A stretch of 64,000 nucleotides of DNA from Octopus sinensis (Eukaryota): NCBI RefSeq assembly GCF_006345805.1, contig NC_042997.1:79050001-79114000 (forward strand), given 5' to 3'. Shown here in pieces: positions 12,362 to 24,684 of the stretch. The stretch's first letter is position 1. Each line of letters opens with the position of its first letter. The position numbers and the translations under genes were made by a program. Below the pieces are notes generated by a model. That model did not search any database. It had not been told where the DNA came from and saw only the letters and a program-made list of their open reading frames with translations.

Positions 12362-15300
12362 TCATGATGCAGCTGCATTATTTTTGCGAGAGATCTCAAA
12401 GAAGGAAACAGCATCGCTGATGGTATGGTGCCAAGCAGCGCGGTCAGCTGTTAGAGTGGAGCACTCACAATAATCAATGTCACAAACGCCAAGGGACTGT
12501 TTCAGGCAGTCCTTGTAACACTTCTTTGGTACCCTATTGTTGAGTTTGCCAGTGGTGAGCTCACCGTACATGATGATCTTGGGTAGACGATGGTCTTTCA
12601 TTCTGTCAACGCGTCCTGCCCAACGTAGTCGTGTCTCAAGTAAAATGGTTTCCAGGCTGATGACCTTTGCTCGCTTGAGGACCTCAGTGTTGGTAATGTA
12701 GTCGCTCCAGTAGATGTTGAGGATGGTAAGAAGGCAGCGTTGGTAAAAACGTTCAAGGAGTCTGATATGACAGTGGTAGGGGACCCAGGACTTAGAGCTA
12801 TATAGGAATGTCGTGAGGACGACGGCACTGCTATTTATTCCACGCACGCTTGTGCAGTCTGCCCAATGCTTTGTTTGCCTTTGCAAGTCTGTTATCAATT
12901 TCTTTGTCGATACTTGCATCTGATGAAATGGTACATCCAAGATAAGTGGACTGCTATACCGACTTCAGTTTTGTTTCGGCAATGGTGATGTGGAGCATCC
13001 TGTACTCTTCCTGAGGAGCTGGTTGATGTAAGACTTCAGTCTTTTTCAAGCTTACTTCCAGTCCGAAGAGCTGGGCGGCCTCTGCAAAGCAGGATGTGAT
13101 GCGCTGCAGGTTTTTTTCTCTGTGTGCAACAAATGTGGCATCATCTGCAAAGAGAAGGTCCTGAATTACTTGCTCTTGAGTCTTGGTGTGGGCAGTAGGC
13201 GCCGGAGATTGAAAAGACTGCCATTCAGACGGTACCTGATGTAGACGCCGTTTTCAGCGTCGAGGACTGCAGTGGCCTGCTTGAGCATCATTCTAAAGAA
13301 GATGCTAAAGAAAGTTGGTGCAAGGACACAGCCCTACTTCACGCCGTTGTTGATGGGTGATGGCTCTGATATGTCGCTATTCAGATGGACTTGCCCTTGC
13401 TGGTCTTCGTGAAGCCGGATGATCATGGTTAGGAATTTTGGGAGACAGCTAAGTCCATTTAGGATCTGCCAGAGACCTTTCCTGCTCATAGTGTCGAACG
13501 CTTTCGTCAGATCGACAAATGTAACATAAAGTGGTTTGTTTTGCTCCCGGCAATTTTCCTGGAGCTGCCCGAGAACAAAAACCATATCTGTTGTGCTCCT
13601 GTTGGCTCTGAAACCACATTGGATTTCGGGAAGATGATTTTCGGCAATGGACAGAACAAGTCTGTTGAGGAGTAGTCTTACTAGAACTTTTCCTGAAGTG
13701 GAAAGCAGGGTGATCCCCCGGTAGTTTGAGTAGTCTGACTTTTTCCCTTTGTTTTTGTGTAGAGTAATGATGACAGCATTGCGGAGATCTTGTGGCAGCT
13801 TGCCCTGTTCCCAGGAGCTCATGGAATTTAGCATCTATGACATGACCCCCATGCTTCTATATCTCTGATGGTATGCCATCGACTCCCGCTATCCTTCTGC
13901 TCTTCAGCCAGCCTATGGCAACTGTGGTCTCTTCGAGCGTTGGAGGCTCATCTAACTGCTGACTGGTCGCTGCTGGATGTGGAGGATTGCATTTTCCTGG
14001 ACAACTCGGTTTGCACTGAAGAGGGCCTGAAAGTATTCAGACCAGCGGTTGAGGATGGATGCTGTGCCTGTGAGAAGCGTCTGGCCAACCGAGCTGCGCA
14101 GGGGACTCTGGACTTGATGTGTTGGGCTGTAGACTGCTTTGAGAGCTTCACAGAACCTTCTGTAATCGCCAGAGTCAGCGCGCAGCTGGGTTTTCAGTGC
14201 GAGGTTGGTTCACCACTCTTTCTGAACTTCATGATGTTTTCGGTGCAGAAAGCTACAGGCTTGGCGAAAGGCCGCTTTCTTCTCTAGGCAGGTCGGTTGT
14301 GCCAGGTGTGCTTGGTGGATAGTCCTCCTCTTTTTTAATAATTCCTAGATCAGCACATCGATTTCGTCAAACTAATCCTTGTTCTTTTTCTTTGTAAGCC
14401 TAAGAATTTCTGCAGAGGTATGTAGGATGGTGGTTTTCAGTTGTTCCCATAGGATTTCTGAAGAGGGATCTGAGGGGCAACTGGATTTATTAAGCTTTGC
14501 CTGTAGTTCTGTCTGGAAGTTTACTTTCACTTCATTTATCTGCAGATTGCTGTTTTGATTTTCTTGTTGACCGGCCCTGTTTTTTTTTCTTTTTTGGTTT
14601 GGGCTTGAAGGGGTGTTTGAATTTGCAACGGACCAGACGATGGTCAGTATGGCATTCTGCACTAGGCATCACTCTGGTGTGCATGATGTCAGACTGGTCT
14701 CGTTGGCGCACTAGGACGTAGTCAAGGAGGTGCCAGTGTTTTGATCGGGGATGCATCCATGTTGTTTTCAGACTGTCTCTTTCCTGGAAGATGGTATTGG
14801 TGATGACGAGCTTCTGTTCGGTGCAAAACTCAAGCAAGAGTCGCCCGTTGTTGTTGCAGTTCCCAACCCCATGCTTTCCAAGGACTCCTTTCCAAGTCTC
14901 TGAATCTCGGCCCACTCTGGCGTTGAAATCTCCTAGGATTATGATTTTATCATCGACGGGGGTCCCTGGAGGAGTCTACGCAGGTCTGAGTAGAACTTGT
15001 CCTTGTCTGCGGAATTTGCGTGGAGGGTAGGAGAGTAAACACCGGAGATCGTGACATGACGCTTTTTTTTCAGAGGGAGGTCCATGGAGATAATGCGGTC
15101 AGAATGACCGGCTGGTAGGGTTTCCAGCATTGAAGGGATCGAGTTTCTTATAAAACCGACACCTGAACGGCGTCTTTCTGATAGAGGTTTGCCTGACCAA
15201 TATAGGGACTATCCGGCATCATGTTCTCTCAAGTTGCCTTTCTGAGAGCCGAACTTGAGTAAAGGCTGCGATATCAATTTCTAGCCTGGACAGTTCATGT

Positions 15301-16128
15301 GTAATGAGAGCGGATCGGTGTTCTGGGTGACCTCTGCCGCCTGAGTCAAGAATAGTTCTGACGTTCCAGCATGCGATCTTCAGACATTTGAAGAGTGTTT
15401 GGAGTCTTTTCTTTCTTTTTTTTTTTTTGTATCTGTGCGTATTCGATGCCCGATGGCCGCGGTTTGCCAACTGGGTGTGTAGGAGATGAGCTTTCTTTAG
15501 ACCACCTTTTCTAAGTTCCCTCTTCATGTGGAGCAAGCAGTACCCTCCCTAGATAAGGCTGCTTGGAGGTTCGGGATGCTGCCGAGTGATGTTATCATCT
15601 CCGAGTCAACACCAGGCGACCAATGTCCCGAACCGCCTGCATGCAGGCTGGGAGCTGCGGCTTCCAGTGACATCTTGCACCTGCCGTTTTCGTCTCCTTC
15701 CCATCGTTACAGGGCTTGGAGAGTTGTGATCGTAGTCGTGGAGGTGGACATGGACAGGTCTCTCAGCCTGTGTGATGGAGTTTTAAGGTGAAGTGCAGCC
15801 TGCTCAGAACTGGCCCGACCCATTACATCTGGAGTTCATCTGCAGTGACCCAGCAAGCTGGGATGATGAGAGAGAGTTCCTCGAATCGTAGGTTTTATAT
15901 CGGAGTATCCTTCTCCTAGACAAGCTGCCGATCATGGCTAACGAGCCCCATCTGCCGGTTATACTGTGCCAGACAACTGCAGTGGTTCTTTTCTGTTGGT
16001 TTAGATCCAGGTGGTACCACGAGGAGGTCAATGTAGGACTTGGGGTTTGTGTCACTCTTTGGAAGTTTTAGCCTAGTATAGTGCTCACCCAACCAGCATC
16101 CGGTGACTATGTGGATCTCCATTAACCG
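12362..16128 (-). mobile_element. Near full-length, multiply frameshifted RTE-clade LINE (APE + RT)
   Basis: APE motifs [39 protein letters not shown]; RT motifs NYRGITLL, QCGFRA.RST.DM, FVDLTKAFD, GVK.GC..AP, LFADD; C-terminal RLRWAG...RLPKI..YGEL; 5' UTR ~15540-16128; 3' end truncated. Confidence 0.9.
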
Positions 16129-16201
16129 TACATACATACATACATACATACATACATACATACATACATACATACATACATACATACATACATACATACA
16201 T
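16129..16201. repeat. (TACA)n microsatellite
   Basis: Direct reading. Confidence 0.95.
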
Positions 16202-16493
16202 AGGCGGAAGTAAAATTACGATTACCACCTAATCCTAAACACCGGCTGTGCGTATTCTTTACCTTCGCAAGACAAAATCAAAGTGGTCTGCCCATCAATT
16301 TAGCATTAGTGCTTTCGCTGTCATTAAAGACGAGCCATCAGAGCTAAGTAAGGAGGCAGGTTCTTCGAGATCCATATATAATATGGATCGCTTTATTGAG
16401 GCCTTGGTCTTTTATCTTGGCTCGGTGCTGAAACCACTTATTTTCCATAGTATGAAAATGGTTCTGTTGTAAATGATAACGACTGCTGTATTA

Positions 16494-16860
16494 ATTACCT
16501 TCGCCAAGGAAGGAGGTTATGTTTTCATCGGCGTTGGTTTGTCCGTATGTGTGCAAAATAATTCAAAAAGTTGTGACCGGTATTTGATGAAACTTGCAGG
16601 AAAATTTGATGACACAAGGAACAGATGATGAAATTTTGGTAGTGATCCGGGAATTTTTATGAATTCTTGAAGGATTTTTCATTTTTAATATTTACTTTAC
16701 ATGAAGTATTACAATGTTACGTTCTTTGGTTATCTACCTTGAAAACACGTTCATTGTTTCCACGTAACCTATGGTGGCGTTGCTGCTTCCAAAATTTATT
16801 TTCGTTTCTCTATTAGTAATTTTACTCGTGTATGTGTCTTAAAATGAGCTTGGCAGAGGG
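16494..16860 (+). mobile_element. Non-autonomous Helentron (HINE/DINE-1-like), 3'-truncated
   Basis: SubTIRs ttaccttcgccaag / cttggcagagg; highly similar to the copy at 27714-28110. Confidence 0.65.
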
Positions 16861-16864
16861 TAAC

Positions 16865-17340
16865 ACATGACGAGCCTTGACTATTGGGATCGACTCAAAA
16901 AGCTCAGGCTTTGCTCCCTCCACCGCCACTGTGAGCTCTATATCACCTGTATGATGTGGAAAATATTCCATCAACATTGCCCATCTTTAAAATTCACCCA
17001 AGGCTTGGTCCCCGTGCCATCCGTCCACTACAGAAATGTTCGTGTCGTATCTCAACACTATGACAAAACTATTTCACCTCAATTGGACATCTTCAACATC
17101 GTGCCAGACACACATAAAGGAGGAACGTGACTTCACGGCATTCAAACAATCCCAAGATAGTTACCCCTAACAAATACCAGATAAACCACCCATACCCAGA
17201 TATGTCTCTGAAAACAATAACCCTCTGATTGAATGAGCTACTATTCCCCAGAACTGACTGATTATCTCTTCCAGGTGGTGTTATTAAATTAGACATGGCC
17301 TGAGTCCACTTCGGCCGAAACTTATCTAAGTAATCTAATC
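16865..17340 (+). mobile_element. 3' end of a CR1-group LINE
   Basis: LDYWDRLKKLRLCSLHRHCELYITCMMWKI matches the CR1-type ORF2 C-terminal motif L.Y.ERL..L.L.SL.RRR.R......WKI, followed by a 3' UTR. Confidence 0.6.
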
Positions 17341-17694
17341 TATGCTGTAACCTTTTAAAGTATGACACCGTGAGTAGAGGCTGATATCTTAGCATTTCTG
17401 ATGGTCTTAAGTATTAAAAAAAAAATTATTAAAGATTCATATAGAACTACATTCAGAGTATGTCAATACGCTATTGTGTTAAGACCTGGTTTTTATCCTC
17501 AAACTGTTCGGTTTTTAATAAGGCATTCCGAAATTAGAAAAATCAAAAATCTGCAACAATCTCGGTCCCATGAGTATCAGATAATGGATTTTCAAATGTG
17601 TAAAGAAACTGATTGTAGTGAAAGCAGAGACAGTGTTGATGATGACGATGATCGAGATAAGTATGGGAGGAGGATAAAACAGTATCGGTGGTTA

Positions 17695-18244
17695 TGTAGT
17701 GACGTTATACAACAGTGCGCGCGCACAACGTCATTTTCAGTGTGCGTGTGCGGAACGTCCTTCTTCAGTGTGCGTGTGCGGGGTTGGAGCCTTCTGGAAA
17801 GGCAGAAGGGAAGTGCCCTCTCGGACATGCGCGAAGACTGAAGAAGGAATTGCTGATGTGGCATTAGCTGATAGGTGAGGGACAGCGTTCCCTTAACAAG
17901 GGCACAGAGAGACACGATAGCAGCAGAACGCCTTCATACGAGATTGTAGCAGACCTATTTTCTCCGCTGTCTCTGGACGCTAAGATTTGACCATACTTTG
18001 TTTTGCTGCTGAACTTGTTGTAAGATTCTTACAAGTGTTAAAGTTCAGCCTTGCCACACCAGAACCAAGTGGATACCAGTATACCACCTTACTTCTTTCT
18101 GTGAATAAGAAAATAAAGAATATATATATTTTTAAGGTTGCGTTCGTGTTCCTTGACTGGTAGATTCTGGAAATTAAAGAACGGAAATTGTGTTGCACCT
18201 GAGTTGCACCCCAAAAGTGTAAGAAGCAACGAGTTCCCGTTACA
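17695..18244 (+). repeat. 5' LTR
   Basis: TGTAGT...GTTACA; about six substitutions versus the 3' LTR by manual comparison. Confidence 0.97.
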
Positions 18245-18245
18245 G

Positions 18246-18263
18246 TGGTGACCCCGACGTGAT
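18246..18263 (+). promoter_or_regulatory. Primer-binding site complementary to the tRNA-Trp 3' end
   Basis: TGGTGACCCCGACGTGAT, 1 nt after the LTR. Confidence 0.9.
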
Positions 18264-18668
18264 GGTCATAGACCAGAGAACACTCAACAAAGATCTAGTT
18301 TCTACCGAGTCTGAACCACAATCAACCTGCGCAGTCATCATCTTTCAACAATTTGTTTCCAGTCGCCTCAAACAGTTTCAGCTATTTCATCTTAGCACAC
18401 ACGCACTAAGAAAACAAAAAAATTTTTTTTCGTTTAAGACGCGACGAAGGTTGGTAAAAAAAAAATATTATTCTCTGTGCACACAGTACAAAAAAACAAA
18501 AAAAAACAAAAACACATTTTTTTTGTAAATTGCACATATAAAAAATTTTATTGGTTCAATTGCTGGTCTTTCTTTTTCCCTTTTTCCTTGTTGCGTCTGT
18601 TCAACGTTGATTCGTTGTCAGTTTACCTTTCCTTTGACAGAATCATCTAAAAGTTAAAAGCTATAAAA

Positions 18669-19081
18669 ATGTCTCTATCATCATTACCTATTTTCACAGG
18701 TGATGCCACACTGTTTTGGCAACCGCTTTAGAGTCCAATACCGTGGACCAGATAGCAACAATGGCAGATAAAATGGTTGAATTTGTCGTTCAACCATCGT
18801 CACGGTCTGCTTGTGTCTGCTCACAAGCTTCTTCAGCCTCAATTGAGGGACTTTCTAAACAAATAGAAAGTCTCACCAAAAGGATGGACGCGATGGCAAG
18901 CGATGGCAAGCGATGGCAAGCGATGGCAAGCGATGGCAAGCGATTTTCAAGATCGCGGAGTCGCAGCCGTTCATCGTCACGTTCCACACAGTCAAAGTCC
19001 GGACTGTGTTGGTATCACTCCAATTTTGGAGAGAAAGCACATAAGTGCATACAGCCATGCACCTATAAACCTTTAAACTAG
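18669..19081 (+). pseudogene. gag: gag, internally deleted
   Basis: MSLSSLPIFTGDATL joined out of frame to LATALESNTVDQIATMADKM...CWYHSNFGEKAHKCIQPC (C-X2-H-X9-C-X3-C). Confidence 0.8.
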
Positions 19082-22000
19082 CTTCGGAGAATTTGAGCAC
19101 GTCAACTTCCTCCACATCATTTTCTAGTTATCGTGCATTTTTCGTCAAGGATCAAGTGTCGAAGAAAAACTTCATGGTGGACACTGGTTCTTGTTGCAGC
19201 ATTTGGCCTCTGCGTCTCACAACCGACAGGCCAAAACGATCTAATGTTACATTGCATGCTATTAATTCGTCACCAATAGCCACATTCGGTCAGATCTCTT
19301 TACGCCTTGACATTAATCTTCGTCGAGATTTTCAATGGGTTTTTATCATTGCTGACATTCAGCATCCTATTTTATGTGCGGATTTTCTAAGTAATTTTGA
19401 TTTATTGGTAGATGTCAGACGTCGGAGGCTAGTCGATAGGTCGACTACACTTTCCACGCCGACCAGAGAATCTACCGATTCAGCTCTTAGCCCGACATTT
19501 TTTGTTTCTACATCTGGAGACGTTTTTCATTCTCTTTTGGCCTCTTTTCCAGAGCTACTTGATGTTACCTTTAAAGTGGCAAAGCCATTACACTCGACAC
19601 AACATTTTATTACAACTACTGGGCCGCCTGTTTTTTCGCGCCCACGGCGTCTTGCACCTGACCGTCTTAAAACGGCTAGGGCTGAGTTTGAGCATATGCT
19701 CCAGCTTGGTCTGATACGCCCATCCACCAGTCCATGGGCATCACCCCTTCATTTAGTTCGAAAAGGGGATACAGATTTTCGCCCGGTGGGAGATTATCGG
19801 CGTCTAAATTCTGTGACAATTCCGGACAGATACCCAATTAGGAATCTCAACGACTTTTCAGCAAATCTTCATGGCTGTACCATTTTTTCTAAGGTTGACC
19901 TCATACGTGCTTATCATCAAATACCGGTCAACCCAGACGATGTTCCTAAAACGGCAATTACCACTCCTTTTGGCTGTTTCGAATTTTTGTTTATGAGTTT
20001 TGGTTTGCGGAACGCTACTAATACGTTCCAACGTTTTATAGGATGAAGTTGTTCGTGGACTTGATTTTGTTTTCGCGTATGTCGATGATATTCTCATCGC
20101 AAGTGATACGCATGAGAATCATCTCCTGCACTTGTCTCAGCTTTTTCAGCGTCTTCGCGACTATGGTATTCGCATTAATCCAGACAAGTGTGTTTTTGGG
20201 CAACCATCTCTTGATTTTCTCGGTCATTATATTGATTCGAGTGGAATCAAACCACTCTCGTCTAAAGTCGATGCTATTCAGCGCATCGCACCACCTTCTT
20301 CTTTGCGTCAAGTTCGCCATTTTTTGGGTATAGTTAATTTCTATCGACGTTTCATAAATCGGTGTGCGGACAAGTTGTTTCCTTTAACGCAGATGCTAAA
20401 GGGCAATTCTAAAAAGGACGCCCGTCTTACTCTTTCAGCTGAAGCACTGTCTGCCTTTGAGTTAGTTAAAAAGGAACTAGCTTCAGTCCCTGTTTTAGCA
20501 CATCCGGCTCCTGATGCTCCACTTACTTTATCTGTGGACGCATCAGATTCTGCAGTTGGCGCTGTTTTGCAGCACACCGTAGAGGGTGAAGCTAAACCTT
20601 TGGCTTTCTTTTCTTGCCAGCTAAAGCCAGCTGAACGCAGATATAGTACTTTTGATCGAGAGTTACTAGCGATCTATCTGTCAGTTCGGCATTTTCAGCA
20701 CCAGCTCGAGGGACGAGAGTTTGTTATTTATACTGATCACAAGCCCCTTACTTTTGCACTATCTTCTAAAACGGATAAACTCTCTCCTCGTGCTTTCCGT
20801 CACCTGGACTATATTTCTCAATTTACAAGTGATATTAGGCATGTGCCAGGGAAGGAGAACGTCCCTGCTGATGCTCTCTCTAGACTCCCTGTCAATTCCA
20901 TTTCCTCTCCTGCAGCAATTGACTTAACTGCTATTTCGCAGGATCAACCACCTTTAGAGGAGTTGGATTTAACTTCGCCTAAGTTTATTAACTGTAAGTT
21001 TGCCTACCTTCAGCAGAAGGCTCTATTCTTTGTGACGTCTCTACCGGTTCACCTAGACCATTAGTACCTGAGAAACATCAACGTTCTGTGTTTGATGCTC
21101 TTCATTCACTGTCACATCCAGGTATCTCTGCCACAGTAAAGCTTGTTACTGCTCGGTTCTTCTGGCCCAATATGCGACGATCAATTACCTCTTGGGCACG
21201 CTCTTGTTTGAGGTGCCAGAGTGCTAAAGTCCATAGACACGTTCGTGCTCCACTTGGACAGTTTTCTTCTCCTGTAGCCCGTTTTCGCCATGTCCACCTT
21301 GATTTGGTTGGACCATGGCCTGTGAGTCGCGGGTTCTCATACATTTTAACTTGTATTGATCGTTTTTCACGTTGGCCGGAAGCTATTCCTATAGCAGACA
21401 TTTCTGCTGAAACTGTTGCGAAAGCTTTCGTGTCTAATTGGATTTCTAGGTATGGTGTACCGTCCAGTTTAACCACAGATCGTGGTCGACAATTCGAGTC
21501 TGCTTTGTTTCGTGAGTTATCACGAATCCTGGGGATGCATCATATACGCACCACTAGTTACCACCCCGCTTCTAATGGGATGGTGGAGCGTTTCCACAGG
21601 CAACTTAAGGCCGCGTTGCGTGCCTCGCCGAATCCACAGTCGTGGACTGAATTTCTACCTATCGTCCTGCTTGGATGTCGGACTGCGATTAAAGCAGACC
21701 TTGGTTTTTCGTCTGCCGAGCTCTTGTATGGTACCACACTGGCATTGCCTGGTACGATGTTGGTGCCAGACAAGTCACAGTCTCTTAATTTAGAGTCTTA
21801 TGTTGCTCGACTACGCAGATATTTTTCTGCCCTTCCTCCTATGGACCCTCGACACCAAAATCCTCCTTCTGGTGTGCCATCAGATCTTAATTCTTGGACG
21901 CATGTTTTTGTACGTGATGATTCTGTCAAAGGACCTCTTGTTACTCCTTACAAAGGACCTTTTCGTGTGATTTCCCACACGCCGAAGGTATTCAAAATTG

Positions 22001-22263
22001 ACATTAACGGTCGTTCGGAGACCGTCTCCGTAGATCGCCTTAAAAGGGCATATTTTGAGGTGTTCACATCTTTTGATGACCCCACGGCCACAACCATCGT
22101 TGAACCATTCACACATGCGCCTATGACAACACCAGCATTCACACATGCACCTACCACAACACAACCTTCGTCGTCGCAGCCCGCCTCGAACAAACCTTAT
22201 GTTACGAGGTCAGGCAGAACTGTTCACTGGCCAAAAAAACTTTCAAAAACTATTTATATTTGA
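19078..22263 (+). pseudogene. pol: pol (protease, RT, RNase H, integrase) with two frameshifts (~20040, ~21010)
   Basis: MVDTGS protease; SPWASPLH, GDYRRLN, KVDLIRAYHQI, YVDD RT; VDASDSAVG, YSTFDRELLAI, TDHKPL RNase H; [32 protein letters not shown] integrase. Pol is entered via TTTAAAC at 19072-19078 (-1 frame relative to gag). Confidence 0.95.
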
Positions 22264-22470
22264 CATTCTCAATTGTGACAGTTACAATACTTATTGAACT
22301 TTGTTCATTTGAGTATTTTTTCTTTTTTCCATTTTGGTGCATTCTTGTTTATATTGTAAATTCTGCCTTGATTTGTCATATTGTCATTTTCGTGATTTGG
22401 TATCTACCTTGAGTTTTAAAGTCACTACAAGGAATTTTGTTTCGTGCTTCCGCACTCGAGGGGGAGCTTT

Positions 22471-23020
22471 TGTAGTGACGTTATACAACAGTGCGCGCGT
22501 GCAACGTCATTTTCAGTGTGCGTATGCGGAACGTCCTTCTTCAGTGTGCGTGTGCGGGGTTGGAGCCTTCTGGAAAGGCAGAAGGGAAGTGCCCTCTCGG
22601 ACATGCGCGAAGACTGAAGAAGGAATTGCTGATGTGGCATTAGCTGATAGGTGAGGGACAGCGTTCCCTTAACAAGGGCACAGAGAGACACGATAGCAGC
22701 AGAACGCCTTCATACGAGATTGTAGCAGACCTATTTTCTCCGCTGTCTCTGGACGCTAAGATTTGACCATACTTTGTTTTGCTGCTGAACTTGTTGTAAG
22801 ATTCTTACAAGTGTTAAAGTTCAGCCTTGCCACACCAGAACCAAGTGGATACCAGTATACCACCTTATATCTTTCTGTGAATAAGAAAATAAAGAATATA
22901 TATATTTTTAAGGTTGCGTTCGTGTTCCATGACTGGTAGATTCTGGAAATTAAAGAACGGAAATTGTGTTGCACCTGAGTTGCACCCCAAAAGTGTAAGA
23001 AGCAACGAGTTCCCGTTACA
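22471..23020 (+). repeat. 3' LTR (PPT gagggggag at ~22458-22466)
   Basis: Near-identical to the 5' LTR. Confidence 0.97.
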
Positions 23021-23024
23021 GTTA

Positions 23025-23383
23025 TAATGGCGACAGGAGTGGTGTGATGCGTGATGCTGAGGTGATGGTGATAATAGTGGTGTTGATGATAGTGTTAGTT
23101 GTGTGATGGTGGTATTGTAGTGGTTATACTGGTTGTGGTGGTGAAAGTGACTGTCAAGGTAACCGTCATGATAACGTTGATGGCGATGTATGTGGTTGAA
23201 GTGGAAGCAGTGATAATGCTGCTGATGATGTTGATGGTTGTGGTGATGGTGATAGTGGTAGGATAGTTGTGGTGGTGATTGTGATATGGTGGTAGTGGTT
23301 GTGGTGGTGGTCATCGTCGTCGTCGTAGTGCTGGTCCTGCTGGTTTTGGCGGAGGACTGCACTCTCCGAGTGCTTTTCTAGTT
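23025..23383 (+). repeat. GGT/GAT low-complexity tract ending in a Helentron-type 3' end
   Basis: ttggcggaggactgcactctccgagtgcttttctagtt at ~23346-23383 matches the end of 27714-28110. Confidence 0.6.
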
Positions 23384-23645
23384 TCTTTGTGCATTGTTTG
23401 CATGAAGCCCTAGTCTTTGTTTAGACATCTCTCTGCTGCAACTACGTTTGCATCCAATGTTTTTCTTTTTGGCCAAATGCATATGTTATTTAGAGAGTGA
23501 GGTTCGCCCTGTACAAAACCGTTCCTCATTTTAAGAAGCTTCAGACGCAGCACAGTCTTTGATAGATATCTGTTACGTGTTGCGCACCATGGCTGGCCGT
23601 AGGCGAGAAAAAAAAAATATATATAAGTAAATAAAAAAATGAAAA

Positions 23646-23697
23646 ATGTATGTATGTATGTATGTATGTATGTATGTATGTATGTATGTATGTATGT

Positions 23698-23732
<35 letters not shown>

Positions 23733-23857
23733 AGCACTGCTAATGTTTTAAGAGAACAATCTGAAATCAATTTGCAGCCATTTGTATGTATGTATGTATG
23801 TATGTATGTATGTATGTATGTATGTATGTATGTATGTATGTATGTATGTATGTATGT

Positions 23858-23890
<33 letters not shown>
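23646..23890. repeat. Two compound (TATG)n(TG)n microsatellites
   Basis: Direct reading. Confidence 0.95.
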
Positions 23891-23892
<2 letters not shown>

Positions 23893-23934
23893 AGCAGATT
23901 TGTATGTTTTATGTATGCATTTTCATGTTGCATA

Positions 23935-24570
23935 TCTAGACATGCTCATATAGTTTTATTGAATGTAGAGAGTTCTGAGATCCAAATTTTCTTTATTAGG
24001 CTGTAATATTCTTTAGTGACACGTGTTTTGTTACAGGTACCATTGTAAGATATTTTCATCCACCCCTAGATACCTGTAACAGTCCTCGTCAGATACAGAG
24101 GAACAGTCAAATCATTGATGAAGATGTTACTAGTCTGGTTTATAGTATTCCCTCTTTTCACAACCAAATGATAACACTTATCCTGACCAAACTCCAACCC
24201 TACATCTTTTGAGATTGTTGTAACTAGGTCAAAACTCTTTTTCATCTCATGTATATTCTTTGCATAAAGTTTCAAGTCATCCACAAAGAAACAGTGTGTA
24301 ATTTTGGTATTTCTGTTTCCTTGTAAACCAGTGAGATATTTTTCAGACTTCCTTAACATGAATGACAAGGGGTTTACAGAAAGTATAAATATCACAAAGA
24401 GGCTGTCTCCTTGGAGTATGCCTTTGCGATACTGTATCCTATCGGTTATAATACATTCACTCTTTGTGTTTAATTTCAAGATGGTAGCCGACGATGAAAT
24501 CAGGTCAGCTATGGCTTTGACTATTCTCACTGGAACCATTGAAACTTTAGCAAGTTGAAGGGCTTCTTGC
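23935..24570 (-). mobile_element. R4/Dong-clade non-LTR RT fragment
   Basis: RKGILQGDSL..FILSVNPLSF, HCFFVDDLKLY, GLEFGQDKC, then YRYLGVDEN...ELSTFNKT. Confidence 0.8.
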
Positions 24571-24571
<1 letters not shown>

Positions 24572-24601
<30 letters not shown>

Positions 24602-24613
24602 TGTATGTATGTA

Positions 24614-24682
<69 letters not shown>
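24572..24682. repeat. (TATG)n(TG)n microsatellite
   Basis: Direct reading. Confidence 0.95.

Positions 24683-24684
<2 letters not shown>

Larger units (their letters stand above)
17695..23020 (+). mobile_element. Ty3/Gypsy LTR retrotransposon, CsRn1 lineage, complete provirus with inactivating lesions
   Basis: 550-bp LTRs TG...CA, 4-bp TSD GTTA (17691-17694 / 23021-23024), tRNA-Trp PBS, polypurine tract, CHCC gag knuckle, pol order PR-RT-RH-IN. Confidence 0.97.

Noticed and set aside
17401-18198. ORFs overlapping the LTRs, duplicated at 22334-22974
   Set aside because: Incidental frames in LTR sequence.
22865-23362. His/Thr-rich 165-aa ORF, and the poly-Met ORF at 25820-26068
   Set aside because: Products of trinucleotide low-complexity tracts.
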